DNA of 63,216 nucleotides from an uncultured Spirochaetales bacterium. Its GTDB lineage: Bacteria; Spirochaetota; Spirochaetia; SPDA01; CAZJBZ01. The DNA is taken from positions 5,904 through 69,119 of the forward strand of contig CAZKZZ010000004.1 in assembly GCA_964557375.1 (NCBI GenBank). The letters run 5' to 3'. Shown here one piece after another: positions 18,967 through 28,647 of the stretch. The first letter of the stretch is position 1. Each line of letters opens with the position of its first letter. Made by a program: the position numbers and the translations under genes. The notes beneath the pieces are model-generated. The model did no database searches and was not told where the DNA came from. It saw only the letters and a list, made by a program, of their open reading frames with translations.

Positions 18967-21569
18967 CCCTTTTTATAGACGATTACCGTCTGTTCCAGTG
19001 AGTTCGCGTAGAGGTACATTCTGCTTTGCAATGTCTCCTCTACCGATTCCTGGGTAATCACTTTCAGGGTGTCTTCCCACTCACGTGCTTCCGGTAGCAG
19101 CGAGGTCAAAGAGTTCGGCATACTCATGAAAAAATCCTCGTTGAACCGGTTTTCTTTTCTTCCGACAAAATAGGCAATGTAGAGCATATTCATCTCTACC
19201 ATCTCGTTGAAGAAATGGGTCCCCAAGGAAAGGTCCGGGATAAGGCCTTCATGCATGGAGTCTATTTCACACAGAACCGAAGCGGTGTTGATTTCGGAGA
19301 AAGAGACCGGAATACCCAGCGAAGGGGTGCTCGTTCCCCATCTTCCCGGGCCGATCAGCATTATCTTCCGGCCGTTGTCCCGCTCCGCATGGGTCAATGT
19401 ACCGATCAATTTCGCCACTGCATACCGTTTGCTCTCGGACAATTTACCGTATTTCGAGGGGACGACGTAGAGAAGGCGGTGGATGGGCATTTTCCTGCTG
19501 TTTCCGATGACCGCCCCGGCCGCCTTGAAAATAATTTCTTCCTGTTCGACTTCGGGTAGCGGTACAACCATTTGGGGAGGTTCTTGCATCTGAAAGGGGC
19601 GGCACTGGAGCAGGTTGATTTTATAGGTCCCGTCTTCGAGCCAGTTCGTGGTGAACTCCACATCGACGTGAGACTCGTACGCCTCCCGAAGTGTTTGGAG
19701 CATCTCCTTCATGTTTTCTACAAAGGGGGTCTCCTTCAGCACTTTATCGAAGGTGAGGACGAGGGAATTAACCTTTTTCATTCCCTGCCGGCGATACTGT
19801 CTCTCGAGCATTCTGTCCCGGGTGGCAAAAAGGTCTATCGGTATGCCTCCGCTGTCCTCCATGAGATCGGCAAAGTGTACGTTAATGAACTTGTTCGATT
19901 CGAGGTTGAGTGTGTCGACCCGCCGCTGGGCGTACCGCTTTACCTCGTCGAAATCAGCTTCGGGCCGTTTCTCCGGTCTGTTCAGAGCAACGACGCGGGT
20001 GTAATCATCATCCGATCTGTCGACCGCGCGGGTACCGAGACCGAACACAAGTCTCACCATGCCCGCTTCCGGTTCGATCTCCTTGCTCCAAACGTAGGGG
20101 TTGAACGAAAAGGCAACTCCGGCAAGATGAGGGAAGAAATAGGGGCCGTGTGGAATCCCCGAGACACGCTGCACGAGCAGGGCCATCTGCTCATCTTTGT
20201 CGAGTACACCTCTCGTTTTCCGATAGGTGAGCGCCTCGTCGCTCATAGAGCTCGCGTAGATAAAACGGACCGCTGAAATGAAGTATTTCAGCCGCTCTTC
20301 CTTTGTTCCCTGATTGGCGCAAAACACACTTTCGTATTTTCCGGCAAAAGCATTTCCGAAATTGTCCTCGAGCAAACTGCTCGAACGGACTATTATGGGA
20401 GACTGCCCAAAGTAGTCGAGCATATCGGACAATCTGGTAACGATATAATCGGGAAACTCTCCCTGGAGGATACGGTTCCTTACATCCTCATTCCCCTCGA
20501 GGAACGTGTCCGGGTCTTTCTGCCGCTGTCTTGCCCACCAGCAGTTGTTTTCTACGAGAAAGGTGTAAAAAACGTCTGATCCGATAAAAAAACTGTCGTG
20601 TTCTTCTAAGAAATCCATCCACCGTCTGCTCTGTTTTTTGAGAATAGACCTGGCTAACAGCATTCCTAATGACTTGCCGCCGATCATACCGGTCCCGATC
20701 ATCCGTTTCCAAATCTGGATAACATCTGCAATGGTGAAATACCGGGCGGCAAGTTTGAACATCCGCTCATCTCTCGAAATTACCAGATGGAGTATCTGAT
20801 GGAGGACAGCGTCCCGCTTCTCTTTCGTGCACTGTTTCCGTTCTACCGCGTCGAGTACCGCTTCAGCATTGATAAATACCTTGTCCCAAACCCCGATCAT
20901 CCGATAACTTGCGGAAGGTAGTCCGGGAAAGGGAGATGAACCGATTACCTGGGATATCCGGGGGCTCTCTTTGACCGGCAGAAGTGTATCATCCTCCCAT
21001 TTGTAGAGAATGTACTGCCTGTGCGTAGGGGAGCGGGTCATTTTGGCCGTTTTTATATACAGTGTTCCGCGATACCGGTAGCTGTCGAGGAGCAGCTGGG
21101 TGGTAGCATGGATATTATCGGTAGCATGGTAAGAGTGGAAGTACCGTTTCAACGAGAAATAGGCGATTGTCTCGAGTTCTTGGAGGTACGAGCAGGTGAG
21201 TTTGAAAAAATTGCCGATCATTCGGTCTGAATAGCAGTTTTCGGAGAGGTCGGAGAGCGAATCAAAAATGCACAGAGATCCTTTCCCGAGCTCCTTTATC
21301 TCTTTGTGTATTTCGGTAATGAAATGTTCAAAACCAGCTTCAGGATGGGTCCTGTGTATTTTCACCCCCGGCTGCTTCGCAATGATTGATTTATGGGACG
21401 CGAACCGGAAATAGACCAGACTTCTGCCCTCTGCAAGCCCGCCCCGGCAGAACCGTTGCGCGAAGGGAATATAATCTTCTATACTGTCTACACGGAATAC
21501 GACATTGTCTCCGGGCACAAGATTTTGAATCAATTCATCAAGGCCCGATATTCCGGTACTTCCCTGCAT
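18963..21569 (-). CDS. PEP/pyruvate-binding (PPDK N-terminal ATP-grasp) domain protein with degenerate KaiC/RecA-like N-terminal domain
   Basis: 868 aa. The N-terminus GISGLDELIQNLVPGDNVVFRVDS resembles KaiC/RadA-type domains but lacks a Walker A GxxGxGKT. The central region (IVRSSSLLEDNFGNAFAGKYESV, LVQR) is a PPDK_N/PEP synthase nucleotide-binding fold. No TSHAA phospho-His swivel motif. Confidence 0.7.
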   Translation of the reverse strand: MQGSTGISGLDELIQNLVPGDNVVFRVDSIEDYIPFAQRFCRGGLAEGRSLVYFRFASHKSIIAKQPGVKIHRTHPEAGFEHFITEIHKEIKELGKGSLCIFDSLSDLSENCYSDRMIGNFFKLTCSYLQELETIAYFSLKRYFHSYHATDNIHATTQLLLDSYRYRGTLYIKTAKMTRSPTHRQYILYKWEDDTLLPVKESPRISQVIGSSPFPGLPSASYRMIGVWDKVFINAEAVLDAVERKQCTKEKRDAVLHQILHLVISRDERMFKLAARYFTIADVIQIWKRMIGTGMIGGKSLGMLLARSILKKQSRRWMDFLEEHDSFFIGSDVFYTFLVENNCWWARQRQKDPDTFLEGNEDVRNRILQGEFPDYIVTRLSDMLDYFGQSPIIVRSSSLLEDNFGNAFAGKYESVFCANQGTKEERLKYFISAVRFIYASSMSDEALTYRKTRGVLDKDEQMALLVQRVSGIPHGPYFFPHLAGVAFSFNPYVWSKEIEPEAGMVRLVFGLGTRAVDRSDDDYTRVVALNRPEKRPEADFDEVKRYAQRRVDTLNLESNKFINVHFADLMEDSGGIPIDLFATRDRMLERQYRRQGMKKVNSLVLTFDKVLKETPFVENMKEMLQTLREAYESHVDVEFTTNWLEDGTYKINLLQCRPFQMQEPPQMVVPLPEVEQEEIIFKAAGAVIGNSRKMPIHRLLYVVPSKYGKLSESKRYAVAKLIGTLTHAERDNGRKIMLIGPGRWGTSTPSLGIPVSFSEINTASVLCEIDSMHEGLIPDLSLGTHFFNEMVEMNMLYIAYFVGRKENRFNEDFFMSMPNSLTSLLPEAREWEDTLKVITQESVEETLQSRMYLYANSLEQTVIVYKKG

Positions 21570-21650
21570 ATGATCTCCTGTAAATGGGCATGATATTACC
21601 TCGAATTATAACCGAAATTGTCGATATATTATAGGAGGTTGCATAAAGAG

Positions 21651-22988
21651 ATGACTGATTATAAAATTGGTCTGACGTTACACATGAACGAGCATACGGT
21701 TTTCCCGAGATTATTACCGGTTACTCTCTTTATTTTATTGCTGACACCTGTAGTTCTTTCCGCGCAAACCGGTAAAGTTTTTATCACTACCGAACCGATC
21801 AAGGCATTTTGTTTTTTTGAAAACAAACTCTTAGATGAAAAAACTCCCCTTATACTGGATTCGCTTGCACCGGGGAAATACTCACTTACACTCCGGAAAG
21901 AAGGATACCGTCCATCCCGCGTATCGGTGACGATAAATTCGGGAGAAGTCGAGATCGTCGATATTCCCTTAGAGCCGGAAGTATTTCTATCCAGTTTTCC
22001 GGAAAATGAAAAAGTTGTATTCAATCAAACTGAAATCTTTAAGGAGGGGTCCCTCTTTAAACTGCCGGACGGCACCTACTCTATCCGGCAGGAGAATGAC
22101 ACTATCCGTTTTGATCCTGTTTACCCCAAACAGGGGGCCCTCAATGCGCTTCATCTCTCCATACCGGTAATGACGGCTGTTTCCGCGCTGCTTACCATAA
22201 ATGATTTCACTGTTGATCCGGGCTCTTTGACCTTTTTCTCTCCTGTAACGATATCCTCGTATATTATAACAGCTTCGTTGATCGGGTTTGATCTTGCGTT
22301 GAGTGCGGAAAAGAAAAAATTTCTGAACACATTTCCGATTACACCGGTGGAACTCGAGCACACGGCCCACATTGCTCGCGACAATTATGAACAGGCCGAA
22401 ACATTGTTGACTCAGGATGAGTTGACCGAGGCGCTTCAACTCTATATGAAGGTAATTGAAAACCATAAAGACTCGCTCTATTATCCCCGGTCTTTGTATA
22501 AAGTCGCGCGGATTCATAACATTCTAGGGAACAATACCCTTGCCAAATCTGAATTGAAGCTGTTGAAAAACAAGTTCCCCTTACCGGAGCTCTATGATAA
22601 AACGTGCAAGAACTTAGCAGATATCTATTTTAGTGAACGGGAATTCGAAGAAAGCATCGATCAGCTCGATGATATGGTCTTTCTCGATCCGTTTTATGAT
22701 CGGGAAACGATTATGCTCTACAAAGGGGAGATCCTCGAACAGTGGTATCTCGAAAATCCTAACAAGGGGGATGAACTCATTGCCGCGTTCCGCGGGCTTC
22801 TCGATGAATATCCATCATCACCAAACAAAAACCTCTATAAAGCACGGTTGGCTTTTTATCTCATGCTCGAAGGCAGGGAAGATGAAGCCCGGAGACAGTT
22901 TGAAAACATAGAAGACCCTGATGAGGAGGTACAAGCGGAGATCGAGTATCTGTTGGATATACTCGAAGAACGGGGATTACTGGAATGA
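21651..22988 (+). CDS. PEGA-domain / TPR-repeat membrane-associated protein
   Basis: The ATG at 21651 lies 12 nt after AGGAGG (the track start at 21618 is TTG, and 21684 is an alternative). Signal-like FILLLTPVVLSAQ. PEGA domain GKVFITTEP...LRKEGYRPSRVSVTINSGEVEIVDIPLEPE. Mid hydrophobic segments. C-terminal TPR-like helices. Confidence 0.6.
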   Translation: MTDYKIGLTLHMNEHTVFPRLLPVTLFILLLTPVVLSAQTGKVFITTEPIKAFCFFENKLLDEKTPLILDSLAPGKYSLTLRKEGYRPSRVSVTINSGEVEIVDIPLEPEVFLSSFPENEKVVFNQTEIFKEGSLFKLPDGTYSIRQENDTIRFDPVYPKQGALNALHLSIPVMTAVSALLTINDFTVDPGSLTFFSPVTISSYIITASLIGFDLALSAEKKKFLNTFPITPVELEHTAHIARDNYEQAETLLTQDELTEALQLYMKVIENHKDSLYYPRSLYKVARIHNILGNNTLAKSELKLLKNKFPLPELYDKTCKNLADIYFSEREFEESIDQLDDMVFLDPFYDRETIMLYKGEILEQWYLENPNKGDELIAAFRGLLDEYPSSPNKNLYKARLAFYLMLEGREDEARRQFENIEDPDEEVQAEIEYLLDILEERGLLE

Positions 22989-24214
22989 TGAAGATGCAGC
23001 GGTTTCTCATAGCAATAATGTTGTTGCTCGTTATCTCGATAGGCATGGTAAGCGGAGAAGAAGATGTTCCAATTTTTTCTTCCCGTGATTTTTCCACGTT
23101 AAATCCGGTCGGTCTTTCTGTGACCCTTGGTACGAGTGCGGTATCATTAGGATTATTCAATCTGTTTGCCTATCTGGGAAATCTCAACTACGCCGCGTAT
23201 ACTGAGACCACTTCCGCGCGTGATGCGGCACTGCTTCAGCACAGCTGGATGCTCTACGATACCCTCGCCTATGTTTTTCTGGGAACAACTGTTTTCAGTT
23301 TGGCCGCAACATTTCCTCTCATCCTCTCTCCTTCTTCCATATCTGCCGATTACGATAAGGACGGTCAGGAGGAGCTCGACCAAAAAGAGATACAGCGGAG
23401 ATCTAAACGGCTGGAGAGGCTTACAAAACGGCTTGATGGATCGTATGAACGGGAGCAGGCTTTGGAAACCGGCTCTCTGATAGCACTCGGGTCGGGTATT
23501 ACCTTGCTTACAGTTACGGGGCTGGGAGTAGCTTTCGCCGAGTCAGCTTACAGTCAGTATGAAGGGGCCAATTATTCCGCTGATGCAGAATCACTGCGTA
23601 CTGAAGTGGATGTCTTGCAGTACACATCTATCGGTGCCGGCATGGCGAGTGCGGCTGCCTTGTCTACGGCTGCCGTATTCTCACTTATGAAACCGAACAC
23701 CCCGAACATCCGGAAAAACATTGAGCGTGTTCATACCGCTTTTCAACTCGATCCGGAAGCGGAAGTCGACAGTTCATTGTACAGCGGACCTTCGTATGAG
23801 CAGTTCTGCCGTGAACAGGTCGCCGAACTGTCCTACCGCGGGACTATCCTGCAGAGTAAACTGCGGAAAGCCCAGGTTTCGAAGTCCGGTTACCGCACCG
23901 GTTTTTGGGTCGGATTGGGGGTCGGGGCGGCCTCTTTGGTCTCCACGGGTATTTCGCTCTACTTCACTAATCTCGCTTTTGATGAATACAATCAGGCGGA
24001 ATATACCGAGGAAGCGGAGGAGCTCAAGAACACCTACGAATTGGCAAAAACGATATCATATATTTCAGGCACTGCGGCAAGTGTTAGTTTGAGTACAGCT
24101 GCTTTTTCGAAGATTTTTGAACCGTCCCCGGTGAGGATAAAACGTGAATTGAAAGAAGTAGAACAGCAGCTCAAACTCTACCAGTGGCGGTTACAGCAAT
24201 ACATCGAGCAGTAA
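22985..24214 (+). CDS. membrane protein built from three repeated TM-hairpin modules
   Basis: 409 aa. ATGA overlap with the PEGA gene. Signal peptide, then three similar modules (TM, aromatic/acidic loop with Y..Y and AE/AD, TM) separated by charged coiled-coil linkers. Confidence 0.5.
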   Translation: MMKMQRFLIAIMLLLVISIGMVSGEEDVPIFSSRDFSTLNPVGLSVTLGTSAVSLGLFNLFAYLGNLNYAAYTETTSARDAALLQHSWMLYDTLAYVFLGTTVFSLAATFPLILSPSSISADYDKDGQEELDQKEIQRRSKRLERLTKRLDGSYEREQALETGSLIALGSGITLLTVTGLGVAFAESAYSQYEGANYSADAESLRTEVDVLQYTSIGAGMASAAALSTAAVFSLMKPNTPNIRKNIERVHTAFQLDPEAEVDSSLYSGPSYEQFCREQVAELSYRGTILQSKLRKAQVSKSGYRTGFWVGLGVGAASLVSTGISLYFTNLAFDEYNQAEYTEEAEELKNTYELAKTISYISGTAASVSLSTAAFSKIFEPSPVRIKRELKEVEQQLKLYQWRLQQYIEQ

Positions 24215-24239
24215 ATCGCGGCAGTACCTGGGTGGGTTT

Positions 24240-25898
24240 TTATTTTGACTTCAGGATCTCTATTCCGGTCCAGTCTGTCGGCGGCGGGTTCTCGAGATAT
24301 TTTTCGCACCGCTCGATATACATCTGAGATAGGTAATCGTCGGCCAAGCTTTGTTTGCACCGTCGAAACAGCTTGATTGCGTTGGCAAAATCCCGTTTGA
24401 AGTATAGTTTGAGAGCTTTATGATAGGCGGCCCAGGTCGTTTTTTCATTTGCGGTAAGTTCCCGTTTTGCAGTAAATATTTTTTCCCCCTGGGTTTTCCC
24501 TTTTACCACTACTTTGTCGACAAGCCGGCAGGGAAGGTCTCCCTTCACCTTTTGATAGACGCTCTCTGAAAAAATAATATCTTGCTTATACGGTTTGGTA
24601 AGCCCTTCTAGGCGTGAGCCGAGGTTGACCATATCGCCGATTATGGTGTAGTCCATCTTCTTTTCCGAACCGATATTACCAACGGTTACTACACCGTAGT
24701 TGATACCGATACCGGTAATAAAAGCCGGTTTTCCCATTTTCTGCTGTTCCTCATTGAACTCGGTGAGAGCTTCCTGCATCTCCAGTGCAGCGTAGAGAGA
24801 TTGAAGGGCGTCGTCTTTGTGTTTTACCGGTGCTCCGAAAAACGCCATAATGGCATCCCCGATATATTTATCGATTACTCCGCCGCGCCGCATGATAATA
24901 TCTACCATGATTTCGAAGTACCTGTTGAGGGCATCGACGAGCTCATCCGGCATAAAGCCCTCAGAGATAGTAGTAAAACTTCTTATATCCGAAAAAAGGA
25001 TTGCTAAAACCCTGTTTTCTCCGACAAGCATGCCTTCCGGATTCTGAAAGAAATTTTCTATCACATCTTTCGGTACGTACTTTTGGAAGATATTTCGAAT
25101 TTTGTGTTCATTTTTTTGGGCGACTACTGCTTTGAGTGCGAATCCCTTGATCTGTTTATACGCCCGTTCGAGCTCCCCGATCATGATGTTGAAGGTGTGG
25201 GCAAGGTTTCCGATTTCGTCCTTGAACTCCACATCGACCCGTTCCGAGAGATCGTTATTCACGATGATGTCTTTCATGGTGCGTTCTACGCGTAATAAAG
25301 GACGGGTGAGATAGCCTGCAAAGGCGAAAAGGAGAATGAATGTCACGACAAGGGATGAAGCGAGTATAATCCCGCTTTGCATGGTAATTTCAGTCACTTC
25401 ATGATAGAAAGCGTCCCGTTCTTCAGAGACGAACACATACCAGTTGAATACCGGGTAATAAAACATATGTCCTACCCGCTCTTTATCGAGAAGAGAGAAC
25501 TCTACCCATCCCTCCTGCCGGTTGTTAATGATGTTGAGTAACTGATAGCGGTCCGATTGATCGATTTCGATGTCTCTTGTTGCCATGGCAATCTGAGCTT
25601 CTTCATCGACTGCAAATATGAGCTCTGTGCCGCTTCTGATGAGGGTATTGGAATACGATTGGACCGCCTGTTTTGTGATTTCAACATATTCAGGATTGGA
25701 CGAAAGATTGTTGGAAACGAGGAGGTTCCATTGATTGTCCATATAGTTTTTCAGCTCCCTTGATTTGAAGCCGAGAAACTGCATGGCAATTCTCGACAGA
25801 CCGCTTCGAGCGCTCAGCGAAGAAAACGCGGTTGTCAGAACGAGAGAGGATAGGAGAAGTGGTAGTACAATGAAAACAATTTTAGCTCGTATGCGCAC
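24240..25898 (-). CDS. class III adenylate/guanylate cyclase with periplasmic sensor and HAMP domain
   Basis: 552 aa. N-terminal TM, about 150-aa extracytoplasmic region, second TM, HAMP (PLLRVERTMKDI...), cyclase core ILFSDIRSFTTISE ... KYIGDAIMAFFGAP ... GDMVNLGSRLE. Confidence 0.85.
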   Translation of the reverse strand: MRIRAKIVFIVLPLLLSSLVLTTAFSSLSARSGLSRIAMQFLGFKSRELKNYMDNQWNLLVSNNLSSNPEYVEITKQAVQSYSNTLIRSGTELIFAVDEEAQIAMATRDIEIDQSDRYQLLNIINNRQEGWVEFSLLDKERVGHMFYYPVFNWYVFVSEERDAFYHEVTEITMQSGIILASSLVVTFILLFAFAGYLTRPLLRVERTMKDIIVNNDLSERVDVEFKDEIGNLAHTFNIMIGELERAYKQIKGFALKAVVAQKNEHKIRNIFQKYVPKDVIENFFQNPEGMLVGENRVLAILFSDIRSFTTISEGFMPDELVDALNRYFEIMVDIIMRRGGVIDKYIGDAIMAFFGAPVKHKDDALQSLYAALEMQEALTEFNEEQQKMGKPAFITGIGINYGVVTVGNIGSEKKMDYTIIGDMVNLGSRLEGLTKPYKQDIIFSESVYQKVKGDLPCRLVDKVVVKGKTQGEKIFTAKRELTANEKTTWAAYHKALKLYFKRDFANAIKLFRRCKQSLADDYLSQMYIERCEKYLENPPPTDWTGIEILKSK

Positions 25899-25999
25899 CG
25901 TTAAAACCTGTGTTGTTCTTACAATCGGCTTGTGAAAGGAACTCCTTTATATGTAAAATATAGCAGGTTATGCCGATAATTTTAAGATAAGGATACTCT

Positions 26000-28570
26000 A
26001 TGTCGAAAGAGAGTTCAGGATACGCAAACCTCCCCGAAGATGAGGAACAGCTCGTCCTCGAGGGAGCAGGAATTTCAGAAGAAGACAAAAAAGATGTTCT
26101 CTCGCAAATAGATAGTGTTGTCGAGAAAAACCGCATTCCTGTAACGGATGAACTGTTTGAAATCAAACCCCGGAAAAAAGGCTCTTTTTTTCCGATTCTC
26201 ATAAATATTTTGGCCCTTTTTCTCATTGCAGGCGGGGTATACTATGCGTATCGGATGTTCAATGAGCGGCAGGAGACTCTCTCCTTAGAGACAAGCGCAT
26301 ATCTTTCTGCGGAAGGAAAGCTTATAGAAGAGATTAGAAGAGAATCTGAGACAAAACTGAAACAAAAAGAAGAGGAGATTTCCAAAATCCAGCAGGAGCT
26401 GCAGGCTTTGGATCAGCAGAGCCATGAGTTGAAGGAAGGTATGGAAGAGGAAATCCAGGCGAGGGAAGCGGAGCTGCGCAGACAACTCGAGGCCGAACTG
26501 CAGGCCGAAAGGGAAAGACTAGAGGAAGAGGGAATCTCTGAAGAAGAGATCGAACAGCAGCTCGAAGAGCTCGAACAGGCGAGAACCAGAGAGTTCGACC
26601 GGCAGCTCGAAGCTTTTCGGGCCGAGTCCGAGGCTGCACTTCAGGAAAAGGAGGAGGAACTGGAGCAAGCCCGTGAACTTACCGAAGAGATACTGCAGCG
26701 GGCAAACCGGGAACGGAGAGAACTGGAACGGGAGACAGAACAACGGGTAACGGAGCTGAGAGAACAGTTCGAGGAAGAGCGGGCGGTCCTGGAAACCAGA
26801 ACTTCAGAGGCCCAACAACGGTTACGGGAACTTTCCGAACTGCGGGAACAGGAACAGCTTATACAGGACCAGATCGTCGGGGCATATTCCAATATTATTC
26901 AGCAGATCGAGGCAAACAATTTCGAACCAGCCCGCAGCAGTATCGAAAAACTTAAAACGCTTCTTTCAGATACGAACCTCGAGAACTTGCCGACGATAGC
27001 CAAGAGAAGAGAGATTGATCAGTACCTCCTCTCGACATTGGAAGAGAGCCTCGAGACCAAAACTACAGAACAGCCGGCTGAGACATCTTCGATTGTAGAA
27101 GCTGCAAATTTGCTTATCAAAGCTCGCGAATTGGTTACGCGAGCCGAGACGGTACGGTCGCAGGGACAGCGGGCAACCGCAAAACGTCTCTATAAAGCGG
27201 CCCTCGAAGGAGTGCCGGCATTAAACAGTGCTTATAACGGACTTGCTGAGATAAACCGCCGGGAGGCAAACGAAGCTGTGGAATCCCGGATCAGTACGGG
27301 TAATGCGCTCATCGAAAATGGAAATGTGGAAGATGCAATCGTTCAGTATAGAAGCGCACTGAACGAAGGTACGGCCGCTGACGAAGCACTTGCCGACCGT
27401 GCCGTCGGCAATATTATTCAGGTCCTCTCACAGAGAGAACAGAGAAACATTGCAGAAAAAAATAGTGACATTACCGCGCTCGAGCAGAGAATTAGTGAGC
27501 TTATACGGGAGAACCAAGAGAGAGAGGGGACCATCGCCGAACTAAACAGTACGATCGACGAGCGGAACCGGACCATTACCGAGCTGCGCACCGCTATTGA
27601 CAGAAGAGAGGGGGAGATAGCCGGATTGGAGGAGACTGTTAACCGGAAAAATGGGGAAATCGACCGGCTCGAAGAGCAGATTGCTTCTAGAGAGAAACGT
27701 ATAGAGAGCCTCTCCGAGAGTCTCGAGGACAAGACCTCAGAGGCCGAGCGGCTTTCAGAAACGTTGGAAGGAAAGGAAGGAGAGACCGGTAGTTTGAGTG
27801 CCGCAATTGAAGAGAAGAACGAGCGTATCACCGAACTCAGTGAAGATATACAGGAGCTCAACACCCGTTTGGAAGAAGTACAGACGGAATTGAGAGCTTC
27901 AAGGCGCGGTCTCTCCGAGAGAAACGAAACAATAAACTCACTGCAGAGTGAATTGGAGCAAAAGGAAGCTGAGATTGCCTCACTGCAGGACGAGGTGCGT
28001 TCAGAAGAAGAAACGGTCGACGATCTCCAATCCCGAATCGAAGAGCTCACCCGGCAGTTGGAACTTCCGAAAGAGTTTGCCACAGGGGAAGAACTTGCCG
28101 AGGCCAGAGAAAACGGAAGAGAATCTGCGTTTACCGATGTTTCTCTCTATGTGCAGTACGTCGCTGAAGGGGAGGACGCTGCTGAATCCGAAAGAGATGA
28201 AATGGTCGATAAAATCAAATCGGATGTTCTCTTTCGTAACACAGTGGAGAACATTGAAGAACTTTTGAAATCGGAAGGAGTGGAGCCTGCTGCAGGTATC
28301 GTAGAGGCAGAAGAAAAACTGCTCGGTACGGTTTCATCGGTGGCGGGAAGTACGGTAGTGGTCGAACCTCTTGTTACGATATCAGTCGATGAAGGAAGTA
28401 CCGTGCTGATAAAAAGGAAAACTTCATCACGAACTGAAACAACTATCGCCGAAGGGACAATCTCATCAATATCTGCCGGGAGAATTACAGCAAAGGTGCA
28501 GCGTGTCGGCGGAAGTGCGGCCCGTCCATCGGTTATGGACCTGGTTTATCTCGAAATATACTCCGAATAA
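26000..28570 (+). CDS. membrane-anchored long coiled-coil protein (E/R/L-rich) with small C-terminal beta domain
   Basis: 856 aa. One TM (FFPILINILALFLIAGGVYYAY), then about 650 aa of heptad-like E/R/Q/L sequence, then a C-terminal about 90-aa non-helical segment (VSSVAGSTVVVEPLVTISVDEGSTVLIKRK...). No catalytic motif recognised. Confidence 0.6.
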   Translation: MSKESSGYANLPEDEEQLVLEGAGISEEDKKDVLSQIDSVVEKNRIPVTDELFEIKPRKKGSFFPILINILALFLIAGGVYYAYRMFNERQETLSLETSAYLSAEGKLIEEIRRESETKLKQKEEEISKIQQELQALDQQSHELKEGMEEEIQAREAELRRQLEAELQAERERLEEEGISEEEIEQQLEELEQARTREFDRQLEAFRAESEAALQEKEEELEQARELTEEILQRANRERRELERETEQRVTELREQFEEERAVLETRTSEAQQRLRELSELREQEQLIQDQIVGAYSNIIQQIEANNFEPARSSIEKLKTLLSDTNLENLPTIAKRREIDQYLLSTLEESLETKTTEQPAETSSIVEAANLLIKARELVTRAETVRSQGQRATAKRLYKAALEGVPALNSAYNGLAEINRREANEAVESRISTGNALIENGNVEDAIVQYRSALNEGTAADEALADRAVGNIIQVLSQREQRNIAEKNSDITALEQRISELIRENQEREGTIAELNSTIDERNRTITELRTAIDRREGEIAGLEETVNRKNGEIDRLEEQIASREKRIESLSESLEDKTSEAERLSETLEGKEGETGSLSAAIEEKNERITELSEDIQELNTRLEEVQTELRASRRGLSERNETINSLQSELEQKEAEIASLQDEVRSEEETVDDLQSRIEELTRQLELPKEFATGEELAEARENGRESAFTDVSLYVQYVAEGEDAAESERDEMVDKIKSDVLFRNTVENIEELLKSEGVEPAAGIVEAEEKLLGTVSSVAGSTVVVEPLVTISVDEGSTVLIKRKTSSRTETTIAEGTISSISAGRITAKVQRVGGSAARPSVMDLVYLEIYSE

Positions 28571-28606
28571 AAAAGAAGCCGGTTTTCGTCCGGCTTCTCC
28601 CTTTTC
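28568..28606. terminator. bidirectional rho-independent terminator
   Basis: 9-bp stem AGAAGCCGG / CCGGCTTCT, loop TTTTCGT. Flanked by an A6 run upstream (a U-tract for the minus-strand hsp20 operon) and TCCCTTTTC downstream (for the plus-strand coiled-coil gene). Confidence 0.8.
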
Positions 28607-28647
28607 TACGATTGAAGTTCACAGATCAAGCCTCTGCGATTAAACCG

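Noticed and set aside
21594-21601. An additional ATTACCTC word upstream of the PEGA gene, resembling the repeated 8-mer in the 57.7-kb leader.
   Set aside because: An 8-mer is expected about twice by chance in about 126 kb of two-strand sequence. A single isolated copy is not significant.
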